Positions 1 to 12,990 of a DNA stretch of 64,000 nt are shown here, one piece after another. The notes under the pieces are model-generated. The model saw only the letters and a list, made by a program, of their open reading frames with translations. It made no database searches and had not been told where the DNA came from. The number at the start of each line of letters is the position of its first letter. Position 1 is the first letter of the stretch. This DNA is from Plasmodiophora brassicae (taxonomy: Eukaryota), in contig CP145416.1 in assembly GCA_036867785.1 (NCBI GenBank), positions 1,054,001 to 1,118,000 on the forward strand, read 5' to 3'. A program made the position numbers and the translations under genes.

Positions 1-36
1 GATATTCGCGCTGCGTTGTGTGCGGGACGGGGAACG

Positions 37-635
37 ATGGACGAGGCGCAGGAAGTGGGCCGGCTGACCGGGCGCCTGGTGGGCAAAGCGGTCAACACGG
101 TGGCCGAGCACGCCGAGAAGGAGCGATGGCCGGACAAGGTCGCGCAGCACACTGCTGCCATCGAGGCGAAATACGAGGAGAAGACCGGGCACCGGTTGCG
201 GACGGACGCGAAGGTAAACCGGTACGGGCTCGACCCCCGTCCTACACGTGTCTAAACGCCTGACCCTTGTCGAAGATCGCATCAGTCGCTGGGGCAGCCG
301 GCATCGGCTTGTCAGTGGCCGCGATGGCGCCCACGATCGGTGCGTTTCTCGCGCAAGAGGACGAGCCGATGCAGCGTTGTTGACCCATGTCGCACATAGC
401 AATCGGGGCCGCTGTCGGTGCCGCCACGTACGAAGTCGCAGCGAACAGCGAGGCCGCCGCCAAAGCCAAGCAGGCGTACGAGACGAACTTGGGTCGCGAT
501 TTCGCTAGAGACAAGGCGACGGTGAAGAGCGGCGCCAAGGCCGGCATCCAGGGCGCCAAGCAGATTGGCAAATCGTTCGTGCAGGGCTATAAGAGCGTGC
601 GTCAACCGCAGGAGGAGCCACGTCAGCCTCAGTAA
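37..635 (+). CDS. Small Ala/Gly-rich hypothetical protein (probably 3 exons)
   Basis: ATG at 37 (MDEAQEVGRL...); GT-AG introns near 214-275 and 340-400 join ORF 16..255 to ORF 387..635; hydrophobic glycine-zipper-like segment AGAAGIGLSVAAMAPTI/AIGAAVGAA. Confidence 0.5.
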
Positions 636-717
636 AACCCCCGGACGAATGAGGCGATGCGTGTTTCGTCTACAGATCTGTATTGCTCGGGGAGATCTCG
701 ACTGACGCGCTCCCGGA

Positions 718-1530
718 TCATATCGGTGCACCACCCTCCAGAAGGCTGCGAAGTCGTTCCTGCGGGAACGAAGGGCGCGTTGAGAGACAACCAAACGAGC
801 GCACTGGAGACGATGCAAACACACCTGGATTGAGCTCTGAAGCTGGTCGACATCGATGGAGGCCGGCGCGTTTGCTGGTCGGTACTGTGGCAGGCTGGCC
901 CGTTTCTCTTCAACGCTGACGGCTTCGTCGGTGTAAATCATGTACTCTTCGGCGGCGTCGGCAGTTGAAGGCGCACCAGCTCCTGATCCCCAAGCGTTGC
1001 CGTACCCAGTTGCACTGCTCGATGATGGGTATGTACCGGACGCATAATAGGTTGTCGGAGCGCCCGACAGAGTGCCGGGCACGACAGGTGCCGTGTCCCG
1101 ATCAGTGGCAGCGGCAGCCGTCGTCGCCGCCGCGACACTTGGAACGTCTGCATCCGGTTTGGGTTTCTTAGGCAGCGGCTGGCCTAACTGTTCGGCCCGT
1201 TTCAGCTCGATGGCATCCTCGGGAACGTTCTGCATACCGAAGACAGCGAGCTCCAGATCATCGCGACCCTTCTTCGCATTGGGGACCCTGAGGCGAACGA
1301 TGAGATCATAGGACATTGGGTTCCGGGTTCGCCCCGTACCCTTTCAGGGTCTCCTTGTGGACCTGGAAGACGTGGACAGTGAGCGAATGCGATGACCCGA
1401 GCTTCTTCTGACAATGCTGGCATTTCCAGTGTTTCGCCTTCTGGTGCGTGACCAGGACCATCTCGTCGTCGAAGACGCGATCGCAGTAGTAGCAGAACGG
1501 CTTCATCTTTGGTTTCGATTTGCGCCCCAT
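718..1530 (-). CDS. ZNF207: BUB3-interacting GLEBS-motif zinc-finger protein (ZNF207/BuGZ), 3 exons
   Basis: N-terminus [44 protein letters not shown]...HVFQVHKE, then [10 protein letters not shown]-terminal GLEBS-like [19 protein letters not shown]; introns inferred. Confidence 0.9.
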
Positions 1531-1848
1531 CACGACGGTGCAGACGCGCACGCCGCACGTCCAGATCGACACTCGTCGCGTCCCGCGCAACTCCGTCGCT
1601 GGTACCGAGGCGATATTTTCCTCGCCGTGTGCACTGTGCCGGCGGCCACACTGACAAGACGACACCCATCCTCACTGACGGATGAACCTGAACGAACGAT
1701 GCCCGGCTGACTGTCACCCCAGCCAGACGTGTTTGCCCAGCTATCTTTCCCCACCGTTAAGCCCATTCCCATGCACGTGGTAGCACACGCATCCGTTTAT
1801 ACAATGATATCAGACCGCGGTTAGGCGGCACGTATATGTATAAGGCCA

Positions 1849-3226
1849 CTAGTCGCGGTGCATGTTCAGACGAGACTCTTGGCGGAGGGCGGCCCCGAAT
1901 TCGAGAGCGTCCGGGCGCTCGGTTCTTTCGGCACTGAAGCAGCGCTTGAGCATGGCCATCAGGTTGTCGCTGATCATGTGGGCCGGAGGTAGCGGTGGGA
2001 CGAATCCTTTGACGATGATCGTCCTCTCCACTTCGTTTGGATGGGCAGTCGACCTGAACCAGGTGTCTCCCGTGATTACCTCGATGGCCATCACCGCTAG
2101 ACTCCAGACGTCGGCTTTGGGGCCCCATCGCCACCCATTCAGCAATTGCTCAGGAGCTGCATACGGGAGAGTGCACTGCAAAGGCGCCCGTCAGTGAGAT
2201 CGATGGGTCACCAGACCGGTTCCATACCGTTGGATCAATAGGCGGTTGAGCGATCGGTCCAATAGATCGGACGTTGCTCAGGTCGCCAATAACGGCATGC
2301 AATTCGCCTGACGGTAACTCGACGACCAGAGCATTGCCAGGCTTGACGTCTCCATGGGCCTGGAGTCGATGGTTAGGACATGCCAGCAATCGTTGCTTAA
2401 ACGCGCTTACCAGCCGTCTCGAATGAATGCCCGCCACGCCCTCACAAACGTCAGCGACAAGCCCGAGCCGTGTACTCATGGGCAACGACCGCGCGAATGC
2501 CCCGTCCAATGTCCCGTGCGGGGCGCGTTCCATAACGAGCAATGGGCTCCCGCTACTGCGGTCGGCAACGCCAATTACCTTCACGACGGAGGGCAGCCCA
2601 ATCATTCTCGAGGCTGCCTCGACCTCAGCCTCAAATGCCTCTTTGTCGGCAAACATCTTCACTGCGACGTCAATGCTACCGTCAAGAGTGGCGCCGTACA
2701 CGTCGCCGGCCGTGCCACGCCCGAGGATCTGCGTTTCCGTGCCATTCGATTCCACGAGGAAGTCTAGCTGATCACGGCTAACCTCCCTCAGGAAAACCGG
2801 TGCAGAGTACGCGACAGCCGCTCTAACAGACAGCATCAGGTGCGGTGGAAGTTCACCATATGACCGCACGAGTTACCTCTTCTGCTCGAGGAGGCTTCGC
2901 AGTGCAACAAGTTCAGCTTTGAGAAGGCCGACTTCACGTCGTGCAGCAGTGACTGTGAGCGACGCATCTATAACCTGCCGCTGGAGCGCTTTGACCTCGT
3001 CTCGCGCGGCATTGGCTGCCATGGACGATTCCATAGCGCCATCAACCGCGCTAGCCAACTCGTTCTCGCACTGCCGGGCCAGGTCCCTCCACTCCATCAA
3101 ATGTCGTTCAAGGCTGTCCTGGTACGCCCGAGGACCACCGAGCGCACTGAACGCTCGCGTGCTGCGCGCCGCGACGGCGGCGACGACGACGACGACGACG
3201 ACAGAGAAGGCGGACGCACCCACCAT
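1849..3226 (-). CDS. Protein kinase with predicted signal peptide and coiled-coil N-terminus (about 4 exons)
   Basis: Motifs LGRGTAGDVY, VAVK, HGDVKPGN, GDLS (in place of DFG), TLPYAAPE, DVWSLA, RP spread over ORFs 2873..3226, 2150..2869 and 1849..2181 joined by GT-AG introns; hydrophobic N-terminus. Confidence 0.75.
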
Positions 3227-4227
3227 GTTCCATTAACCGCCGGCGGCAGAACGCAGACCTGGACCTTGGCGCGACCGACCGATTTGTCGAAATGATCCAA
3301 ACATGTCCGCCCCTGCGCCAGACGACAGGCGGCAATCCCCCGAAGAACCCCGCCGCCCAAAATAGGACCTTGCGAGACCAACCTGACTGGCAGGCCGACA
3401 GTCAACCACTGTGCGGATCGGGATGCGACGCGGAATACCTCGGTGGGAGTCCGCTATCGAAGCTTCAGGTTACCCCCCTCCCTCCCCTCACCCCCAAAAA
3501 AAACATTTGCGGCGATTGGTGCGGTCTGCGAGAAGACCTGTTCTTTAGCAGTGAAGTTGGCTACGATTGTAATCTACCTGTTTCGTTTCGTTATCGCATC
3601 GGATGCTGTACAGGCGACAGTCCGCAGTGAGGTGGGTTCCCGTGGGAATTCAGGTACCCGTGTTAAGGCGATGGAGTGCCCGAGGTTGCAACATGATGAC
3701 GCGAGCCAGGTTGCCAGGAGCCCTGCCGGTAGAACCGGTGCCCCAGACAGCGGTCCATCCGGTTGAGGCCCGGAACCGTTTGAAGCAGGCGACCATGACG
3801 ATGCCACAGAGCAGGTGCGGTCGGTCAGGAACGCACACCACCAGACACGACGCGCGACACGGCTGTATCGGAGGTTGGTCGTCTTGCGCACCTCGTACAG
3901 GTACTGAACCGTGCCAGCCTGGGATTAACACCCATCTCGATTATCCGGGAACATAACGCTCACGAGCACCGATACTGGCGCTGGACGCGATCGTCGCAAT
4001 TGTGTATTGCATCGGTCGCTCATCGCACAGAGCAGCGTAGACCTAGTATGACGATGAGCAACGGCAATGTCATTGCCTGGTGGCAGCAGTGGTGGCCAGA
4101 TCTAAGATCTGCGTCCAGCGATGCACCGAAATAGCATGCCTGCTCGGAAGGCGATCGGAATCTCGTCCTCAAGCCTACCCAGACAAGGCGTGGTGGCGCT
4201 TACAAACTGGGCTTCACACGCCATCGT

Positions 4228-4990
4228 TTATATTCCCTTGATCTGCTTCAAAGCTTTCAGCCTCTGTGCAGTGGGTCAAGTTAGGCACGGCTACGATGGA
4301 GTACACGGCGCGCAAATGGACCTCGGTGATCTCGTCGCGTATCTGCGACTCGAACGGGGCGCTTTGCTTCAGCGATCGCATTTCGTCCAGGAATTTCAGG
4401 CGAGAATCGATTTCCTCCGCGACTGAAACGATGTGTTCAGGGCCGGAACGAGGTAGGCAAGTCTCGACCTACGCTGGTCTTCCATGCTCCGTGTCCCCGA
4501 TGGACCTTTCGTTGGAGTCGTATTGGACATGACGTTCGATAACGCCAGCTTCTCCAGCTTTCTCTGGAAACGGTCCTTTTCTGCCTGCATATCCTTGCCT
4601 GGAAGCAATGTCATGTTAAGGCGTTAGCATCCTGCGATCGCAGGACCTTTGACAGGGAACGGGAATCGAAGTTGGTGGCGTTCCTGTTCGACTTCTAGTG
4701 CAATTTGCGCCTTCGACTTTCGCGGCCCGGTTGGGCGTCGAGTCATTGAAGGACGCCTGGGTTTAACGTACGACTGATAGGTTCCGCCTGGCGTTAACGC
4801 GAGGACGGACCCTGGCGATCCTCCTTTACCTGAGTCACGTCTGGGACACCTGCCGATAGTGGGGACGTTTGGACTTACCCTGCAACGCTTTTCGCATGGC
4901 AATCTTCTGATGCGGCGAGAGCCGATCGGAGAACACGTCGTTGATTAGCTTCTCCATTTTCGAAGGGCGTGGCTGGTCGCGGGTGGTCAT
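4228..4990 (-). CDS. UPF0193 (EVG1/C22orf23-like) protein, multi-exon
   Basis: Exons KDMQAEKDRFQRKL and VAEEIDSRLKFLDEMRSLKQSAPFESQIRDEITE-RLKAL resemble the UPF0193 C-terminal consensus as I recall it. Confidence 0.6.
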
Positions 4991-5085
4991 CGAGCCGACG
5001 AGACGAACGGAAACGTGGCGTACCGTCAAACGATCGCAGACACGCACGGTGAACCGATTAAAGTATAGAACAGGTAGATGTATTA

Positions 5086-7443
5086 TCATTGTGTGTTTGG
5101 GTCGCCAATAGCGTCATAGATAACGGCTAACGCGCTATCAACGTTCCAGTCTGACTGGTCAGCTAGAGCAAGCAGCCGTTGCCGAAAATCACCGACGTCG
5201 AGCAAGAGCTGTGCAACGGGACGTCAGTCGTAGTTAACCTCGAACACTCCAGAATGGAACCTGAGAGGAAATTCTGCTGGAAGAATCAGCAACAACAGTA
5301 CTGCCTTGATGGCTGCCCAATCTTCTAAGCGATGACTCGGTTTGCCGCATAACATCAAGAAGGTCAGAGCACGCTTTGGCATATCGCTCAGCGAGCGACT
5401 CGATAGCCATTCGTCCCAGGGCCGCCCGTTCGTCAGGGGACGAAATCTAACAAATCTAAGATTGATGCCCAGCCAGTAGGGAAACTCTTTCCAGACCTCG
5501 GACATTGCCTGCTCCATAGGTTGGACTAACAATTGCACGTATGGCAGGGGCGCTGTCGGTTTCTGTTGTCCAGTCATGCGGTAGGTCGCCTTAATTCTCG
5601 GTACGGCATCTATGTAGTAATGATTAGTTCCACATGAGGTCATGCGAGTCCCTGAACGTACCAAGGGCTGCTGCGCATCGGTCAACAACGGTTCTTACAG
5701 CGGCATCTTTCAGCTGCTGATGACAGGCTGCCAGCTTGGAGGTCGACTTCTTGAACGCTGACTCGATTACTTCACGCAAGTCATGCACGTGCTCCTGTCC
5801 CTCTTCACTGTCGTGGCCTACATCAAATTAGAAGGTGTGGAATCATTGCAGGACGTAAATGACCTTCCAGACGAGATTTGCATCGGCATTTTAGGTCAGA
5901 CTCAATCCATGCCAGCAGTTTGTCAATGTCAGCTGCAAGCAGAAGGCAGAGTCCAGCGTCTAATCGCCGGCATGCGACTTCGATGAAGGCCGTGTACCGG
6001 TTAACCAGCTGGAGCGCTAGAGCAAAGAATCGGGCCGCTAGTTGGGGAATGAAAACGTTGTCGTCAAAGCAGGACCTGGCCAGCTCTGCGATGACACGAG
6101 TGGCTTCGAGGCTGAACGCAGAAACATTCTTTGACGCTTCACCTTCGCCTCCCTCAAGCACTCTCGTTGGGACGGGCTTAGCCAAAACAATTTCAAGTCG
6201 ATGCACCATCGATTGCAGACGAAGCTGGAAGTATACGTCCAGGTTGAATCTACACGTACACGTTTCAGCTCGCGAACCGAATTTGCACCAGTGTGCTAAC
6301 TTTTGAAGGAATTCCGTTACGTGCGGACAGTCGGCAATGCGAGCGTCTAATGCTTCCAGCTGCGCGACGAAACCGCTGACAGCACTGTAGTTACGATGAA
6401 ACTGATCAGCAACACCAGTTGCGAATATCGCCCTGCTTGTTTGATTCGGCAACAGAAACCGGACAACTTCAACGAAGAAACAGTCACGAAGGAAGGCGTA
6501 ACGGTAACCTCCCGCCTTGTCGAAGAAGGCGCAGCGCTTTGCGAGACCTAATAACGCCTTACTGGATAAGAATTTTACAAGGGCAACCCGGTTCCCTACA
6601 GAATGTCAACCATGGGAGCAATAGCAGACGATCATTACCATACCTATGTTGGGCAGCTGGGGGCGAATGATCGATTCAGCCATATGCAGATGAGCAGCTT
6701 GACTTGATCCACAAGCTGAGGATGCGTCAGCAGACCCGCATCTTGCGAATGAATATGGATATGCACCCGAAAACGATCGTAGGAGAGATGCTGCTGCTGA
6801 TTGTCGGGGAGACGGATCGGCCGTGAACAACGCAGAGAGTTCATCTGTAAGCGCCGACTCCAGGTCGCCGAGGTCGTTCTCGCCCGACAAACTTCGCGAA
6901 ACGGCCCGAGCACGTCGTTCTAGACCACCAAACTCGCCCTCTACGCAGAAGGTATTCAGTACCGATCATGCTATGGCATGCGAGTTCTGTAGCCTAACGC
7001 GTGGGTTCTCTTGCGTTATGTTGCTGGAGTAGCGCTTTATGTTGCGTGTTGCCCTCGAAATCAGCAATACACTGCTTTAAATGCTCGCATTCGCCACTGA
7101 CGACCAGAAACGCTGAGAGAAGACGAGAGCGCGTTTCGTAAAGCGGCGACATGATTTCGTTGACCTGGTCATTCGTCAGAAGTTGTTAACCGCGAAGATA
7201 AACCCGACGGACCAGCGTTTCGGTCCCCTGAAGACTGACGGACAATGATATATACTGTTCGAAATCGTTGTTCAGCATCTGGACGAGTTCGCCTTGCAGG
7301 CGGTTCCCGTATTGCGCCATCGCGTCCGACAGCGACTGAACGGGCGCGACAGCCCTACATCGTCGCACAAATTGCTGTACATCAAACTCGGCGGACCCTC
7401 GTAGCCCGTCGAACAACGAAACGGGTACGTCTCCGGCAATCAT
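5086..7443 (-). CDS. COG2: Conserved oligomeric Golgi complex subunit 2, multi-exon
   Basis: N-terminal FDVQQFV...LQGELVQMLNNDFEQYISLSVSL; middle FNLDVYFQLR; C-terminal TYRMT...PTAPLPYV, all COG2 signatures. Confidence 0.85.
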
Positions 7444-7697
7444 GACCAGACCGTTCTGGTTCCAAAAAAATCAGCGCGCCTTTGATGCGATGGGGAGTTG
7501 CGGGAACGGCCGACCATTTCAAAATCGCTACTAACTCCAGGTCCCCATGAGGTCGCTCTGTCGAATAGGGACACTATGTCACTATTCTCTATAAAGGCAT
7601 AATTCTCCATCGAGGAATGACCTCGGTAAAGTGGGTTTGATCGAAGGTACGCGCTAGGTTGGACGGCACACATTATTAGCAGTCAACTCTCGAAGCA

Positions 7698-9266
7698 ATG
7701 CTCGCATGGTGGACTTTCGCGATTGCGGTGGCCGCGGTTGTTCCCGGGCCTGCACCCGTAAAGAGCGCCATCTCGTTTCCGAACACGGACGTCGCACTGC
7801 TGGCCAAAGTGTCACTTCTGAGCCCAACAATGACGTACTTCCTCGGGCCGCAGGCCTGCGACCCAGGTCCTCCTACTGTGTCGGGCCCTGTTGTAATCTA
7901 TTCCGCGGGAGACAGCTGCGACCCTGCCGCTCTTCCCCCAAGCGTACAAGGTCGAATCGTCTTCCTGAACGTACCGGGAGGCGCATGTTCGTTTGAGGAG
8001 TCCTACCTGCGTTTTTCAGACTTGGGCATATCTGCCATTTTCTGTAAGCTTCGAATAGCCGCCCCTGCTTAAGCGTAAAGTAGACAACTCACTTCTGGTG
8101 CAGCATCCTCCCCGGCCTATCCCGGGTTCAACGCGAACCTGCAGGATGGCACGCGTGGACGCTTGACCAGAGGAAAGTCGATGCTATGGCTCACTGGATT
8201 GTGCACAGAAGAGATTCGCGCAGCGATCATCAGCACGCAAGGGCTGAACGCGACCCTGGTCCCTGATGTCAATCCCTGGACGTCGACGTTCGACTCCTGG
8301 TGCTATCAAGTGTTCGTTCGTATAATCCCAAGTACGATCTGCCTTGGAACCGGAGCCACAGCGTTGGTATTCCTCATTCTACACGTCGCCATCTTCGCGC
8401 ACCGTTACAGTGAGACCACGCCACCGGCATCTCAGTCAATGACCAGACGGGTCCGGTTCGTCCTGCGGGCCTTCGACTTCACACACGTCGCGCTTGCCAT
8501 CGAATTCCCGACCATCACAGCGCTCGGCATTTTCCTTGCTGTTTCAGGGTTCTACTCAACGGACGCGGCCGGCGCCACTGCCGTGAATTTTTTCTCCCCA
8601 GGACTGTCTGGGTTCGGGTTCGCCTGCTCCACTCTGTCTTCGATGTTGTGGTACAAGAAACATGAAGAAATACGGCCGCAGTCATCGCGCCCATCGCTGC
8701 TGCACCGTGTCTTTCGAGGTGATTATCCTGCTGTCACTGCCTGCCTCTGCATCGCGCCTATTTTCCTGGACATACTGATGGGCATCTGCCTTGCCTTCTA
8801 CTTCTACTTTCAGGTAGTACAACTATTTGCGGCGTTCACCTACTTTGTCATGCAATTTCTATTAAGCATCCAGCTCTTCACCCATGTCACTGCGTTCCAC
8901 CGTGATGTCACGAAGGCGACCGCTCTCGTATCGCAAGCGGTCTCGTCAAAGGACTCGGCAATGATGCAGCTCCTTCGTCGGCTTGCAGTTTGTGCGGGCG
9001 GCCTATCCATCTCGATGCTGATGTACTGTGCAGCGACCATCATCATTGCATTCTTCCCCGCTGTTTTCTACTACCCGACACGGTGGACTGTCACTTGGTC
9101 GATCTTCTTCACTGGACGGGCCTTGGACAGTGCATTCCGGGTAGCCATGTTCAAGCCGCGCAAATCGAACAGGGCGCGAAGCTCAGGAGCCGCTTCCTGT
9201 ATCGCTCCCCGAACGGCTGACCTGTTGCCCTCAAGTACGCCAGTCCCGGTTCGGGGCACAACCTGA
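7698..9266 (+). CDS. Signal peptide + PA-like extracellular domain + about 7 TM helices (GPCR-like receptor), 2 exons
   Basis: Exon 1: signal peptide then ...SCDPAALPPSVQGRIVFL...GGACSFEE (PA-domain pattern); intron about 8044-8103; exon 2 has about 7 hydrophobic segments and a Ser/Pro-rich tail. Confidence 0.7.
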
Positions 9267-9983
9267 CGCTACAACCGTTGCGTTCACCGGAACCAACGGC
9301 ACGAAGAGCAGACGCATTCAAGGACGCTACCCGGTCGACGTACACTAAACGAAACCTTCATCAGTACCCTCTACCCAACAGGGCATCGCTCCAAAGAATA
9401 AACCACTCCGTTTCATCTGAAGAGTCCGATCGTGCATTAATGTTCCAGGATTAACGTCATAAAGTTTCAGTACGATACCCGGCATCATCGGCGCCGTCGG
9501 CGTCTGGCGTTGAGCTGGTCGACGACGGCGGCCACGCGATGGCTTTGGCGCTGCGGGTGTCGGCGTCAACGACAGCGTCGTTTTCGGGGATGGCAGCGAC
9601 GTCCTCGTCGCTGGCGGTGCCGGCGTCTTCGTCGTTGCCGATACCGTCACTGGACCAGGACGTACGGGCCCTTGCGGTGTACCTGAATGATGAATATTTG
9701 AAGGCTGATAATTCGTACTTGAAATGGCTCCAAAGTTGTGATTTGGCAGAGAGGCCTCTCGTATCCGGGTTACCGTACGTCCCAGAGTGAGAGGCAACAC
9801 ATCTGTATGGCAGCTACGTAGACTGCTGACGGCGAACCGATTGCACAGCGATATGGCCTCCAAGACATGGACACTACCGCATTGTGGAGCTGCTATCGAA
9901 AAGTTCCAGGTACAACAAGTAGGGGCAGACACCCCACATGGCTGCGAAGTTTGGCCACGTAAATATAAGGGTCGTCAAGCTGT

Positions 9984-10520
9984 GACTGGCGTCACATCGG
10001 ATGCGAAATGACTGCAGACCGGCTGCAGGTTGGATGCAGGAGGACGTTTCTGCAGCCAGTCTGCATCCCCTTCAGGATGCAGATAGGCTGCAGAAACGCC
10101 ATCCGCATCCAGTCTGCATCACCCTGAAGATGCAAAATGACTGCAGACGACGTTTCTGCAGCCACGTTTCGAAATACGTTTCGGAATGGTTGATCGATAT
10201 AAGCCGGCCACATTCTACGAGTACGGATGCATGCAAACGGATGCAAGTAGCGCTGCAGGCGGATGCAGGTAGCGCTGAAGGCGGATGCAGATAGGGCTGC
10301 AGGCGAATGCAGGTAGCGCTGCAGGCGGATGCAGATAGGGCTGCAGGCGAATGCAGGTAGCGCTGCAGATGAATGCAGGTGGTGATGCAGACGGATATTG
10401 CAGGTGGCGATGCAGACGGATGCAGATGGCGATGCAGGCGGATGCAGGTTGTGATGCAGGCGGATGCAGGTTGTGATGCAAAAATGACCGGTCATTTTTG
10501 CATCCGATGTGACGCCAGTG
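9984..10520. mobile_element. Non-autonomous TIR element (MITE-like, CACTG-type end) filled with GATGCAG microrepeats
   Basis: Inverted ends actggcgtcacatcggatgc (from 9985) and gcatccgatgtgacgccagt (to 10519); 3-bp flanking duplication (tgt, or gtg in the alternative register); interior of tandem atgcag/ctgcag units. Confidence 0.75.
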
Positions 10521-10747
10521 TGTTGCTGGCCGGCCTGACTCAGCTGGAACGGAGATACCATTTTTATGTAAATTTAAGATCCCTGAGAGCCCGCTTAGGC
10601 ACAGGTATAGGTACAACGGGTGGAGATGCTCTAAGTGACCATCCCTAAACTGATGGTATGGCGTAGGTAATAAAAGAAGCCAAACCATAGGAACGCGCGC
10701 GGAATACCGAATACGAGCCGCAGGACAGGTTTCAGTACGATCGAAAA

Positions 10748-11831
10748 TCAGACGCGACATCTTCTGGCGGCCCGTGAGTACGCGACATGTACATACCTGA
10801 TAGAGATGAACTTCTCGTCGCACATCGGACATATTACATGCAGAAGCTGAGCCTGGCTGGCCTCTCCCTGCCTGCATGTCAGCTCAACTCCGATAGGCGC
10901 TTGCGCTTGCGCTCTTGCCATCACATGCGTGCCATGCCCTCTTCTAAAGGCATCGAGAGATGCTCGCAGATCTGGTTCGCGAGAACATGCGGCAACCAGC
11001 TCCTGATGTTCCTGTTCTATGGCATCAATATCGTTCCGGGTCCAGCGAACCAGTAGACGGTCAGTGTGCCGGCGAACAACAACACAAAACTGCCTCGGAG
11101 GCAAGATAACAAGTTCTTGCGGAGTGACAGGAGGACGTGGTCAGCGCTGGCGACATTATTCTCGTTGCGTTCTGCAACAATGCTCGAGATACCGGACAGA
11201 GACGACAAGTTGGACCGTGTTGTCGACAACACTGGCGAAGGTCCCTGAACCCATCTCGTCAATGCGGTCATGAACAAACGAACCCATGTCCAGAATACAG
11301 TTCTCGACACGTTGGCGATTGACGCCGAACCAGTGGCATTCCGACAGCAACCACGTCTCGTCGAGTTCGTCAACCTGTTCCATGTTCAACAGCTCACGCC
11401 CTTGGACCTGGTTCAACAATCTGGAGCAAAGGTCGCCAAGCGCCTGACGCTGCATGCTGACGGTCAGTTCGGGACTTTGGATCGTCCTGAAAGTAACCCT
11501 GCAAGTTGCGGCCAATTCGTGTACAACCATCATCATAACCCACCACTCGGGAGGTGGCTTTCACTCGCGTTGTGGGTTTGCGCTTCGCGTCGACCTTCTC
11601 CTCCCTGCCGAGGTGGACGCAGAAGAGGCATTCCACCCCTATGACAACATTCGTGTGTCGCGGGTGGAACTGGGTGGGGCGAACGGCATAATCAACCGGG
11701 TGAAAGGCCTGGAAATCCGTTGGACGCGCTCCCGACGGCATGACAACCACGAAAACTACCCCAACGTGACCTCGCTTATTTACGGACTGACCGCCAGCTT
11801 GATTACGGCGCGCCACGGACTTTGGGGTCAA
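10748..11831 (-). pseudogene. Degenerate transposase relic resembling oomycete-type hAT-related proteins
   Basis: Frameshifted segments VECLFCVHLGREEKVDAKRKPTTRVK, FRTIQSPELTVSMQRQAL and DAIEQEHQELVAACSREPDLRASLD resemble repetitive transposase-like proteins of oomycetes (recognised from memory). Confidence 0.5.
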
Positions 11832-12559
11832 AATCGTACTCCCTCCGTTTCACAAAAAGACCGTGATTCTGGGTTTTGCGCTGTTTCAAAAAAAAGACCA
11901 TGATTGTGGTTCACCGTTCATGGCTTGTCAGCGCCCGCCCAGGCTAGAAATGAATGGCGCCGAGAGGCTATCATAGTAATGGCTGATCGCTGTATGCATT
12001 ACCGAGGCGGAGTGTTGTCATGAACTCTCATAGTCATTCTTGAGTGGACTTCTGCGCGAATTCAGTGACTGCGTCTCGTTCGACGTCGGCGACCCTTTTC
12101 CGCCCAGCACGCCCTCTTTTCAGTGACGGGACCATCGTCATAGGCCTTCCATTGGACAGATTTTCGAGTGCGCGTTTCCACATGACACTGATCGTCTCCG
12201 ATCGCACACCAAACTTCCGATGGCGCCGTAGATGAGTGTTCCAGGAAGTGCTGGGTGCCTCTGCATGGTCATCAGGTACTCAAATACCATCCGTTGTTGG
12301 TCATCAATGAGATTGGGCTTTCTTCTCAACGTCGCATCTGCGTGGCAACCACCGAGGTCAGTGTGTGCATCTGCTCTAGGGACGGAGAGAATCGTTTTCC
12401 GGGGCTGGCTTGTCACGATCAGGCAAGCTGATGCAACGAACGCTTTGACGGACTGGCGAAGTCCCGTCGCGGGGTTCTCGGTTTATTCCGGACAGTCCTC
12501 ACAGAAAAATCCTCTTCTAGCGGTAAGCCTCAGACGGATCCGGGGTAGGAGGCGGACAG

Positions 12560-12990
12560 ACGGACGGACGGTTCGACACGGCGAGCAGACGGTGGACAAA
12601 CGGGTTCAACACGGGCGGCAGACGAATGGACAAACGGATGAGCTGCAGACGGACGGACAACAGATGAGCGGCAGGCGGACGGACAAACAGACGGGCTGGC
12701 AGACGGGCGGCAGACGGACGAGCAACGGATGAGCGGCAGGCGGACGGACAAACAGACGGGCTGGCAGACGGGCGGGCAGACGGACGAGCGGGCAGGTGGC
12801 GCGCGCCTCGGCGACGACGAACGAACAGTCTTGGTCCGGACCGGAATCAGAACGGCGGCGTTCTGAAGGAGCCACCGGATAGACACGGAGGCCAGACGTA
12901 TGGACGGACGGACGAACGGGTACAACACGCGGCGAGCAGACGAGATGCCGAGGCGAGATCGGCACGGACGGACGGACGGGCGGGTAGAGA
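12560..12990. repeat. Low-complexity gacg/ggac repeats including a near-perfect duplication of about 65 bp inside the TRIM-like element
   Basis: gatgagcggcaggcggacggacaaacagacgggctggcagacggg occurs twice (about 12663 and 12729). Confidence 0.8.

Noticed and set aside
3290-4200. Short overlapping ORFs between the kinase and UPF0193 genes (similar situation at 51840-52600 and 53250-53950)
   Set aside because: No motifs or consistent splice structure that I can support.
9992-10877. ORFs with repeated CIRL/HPPA or MQ peptides
   Set aside because: Translation of the GATGCAG minisatellite inside the MITE.
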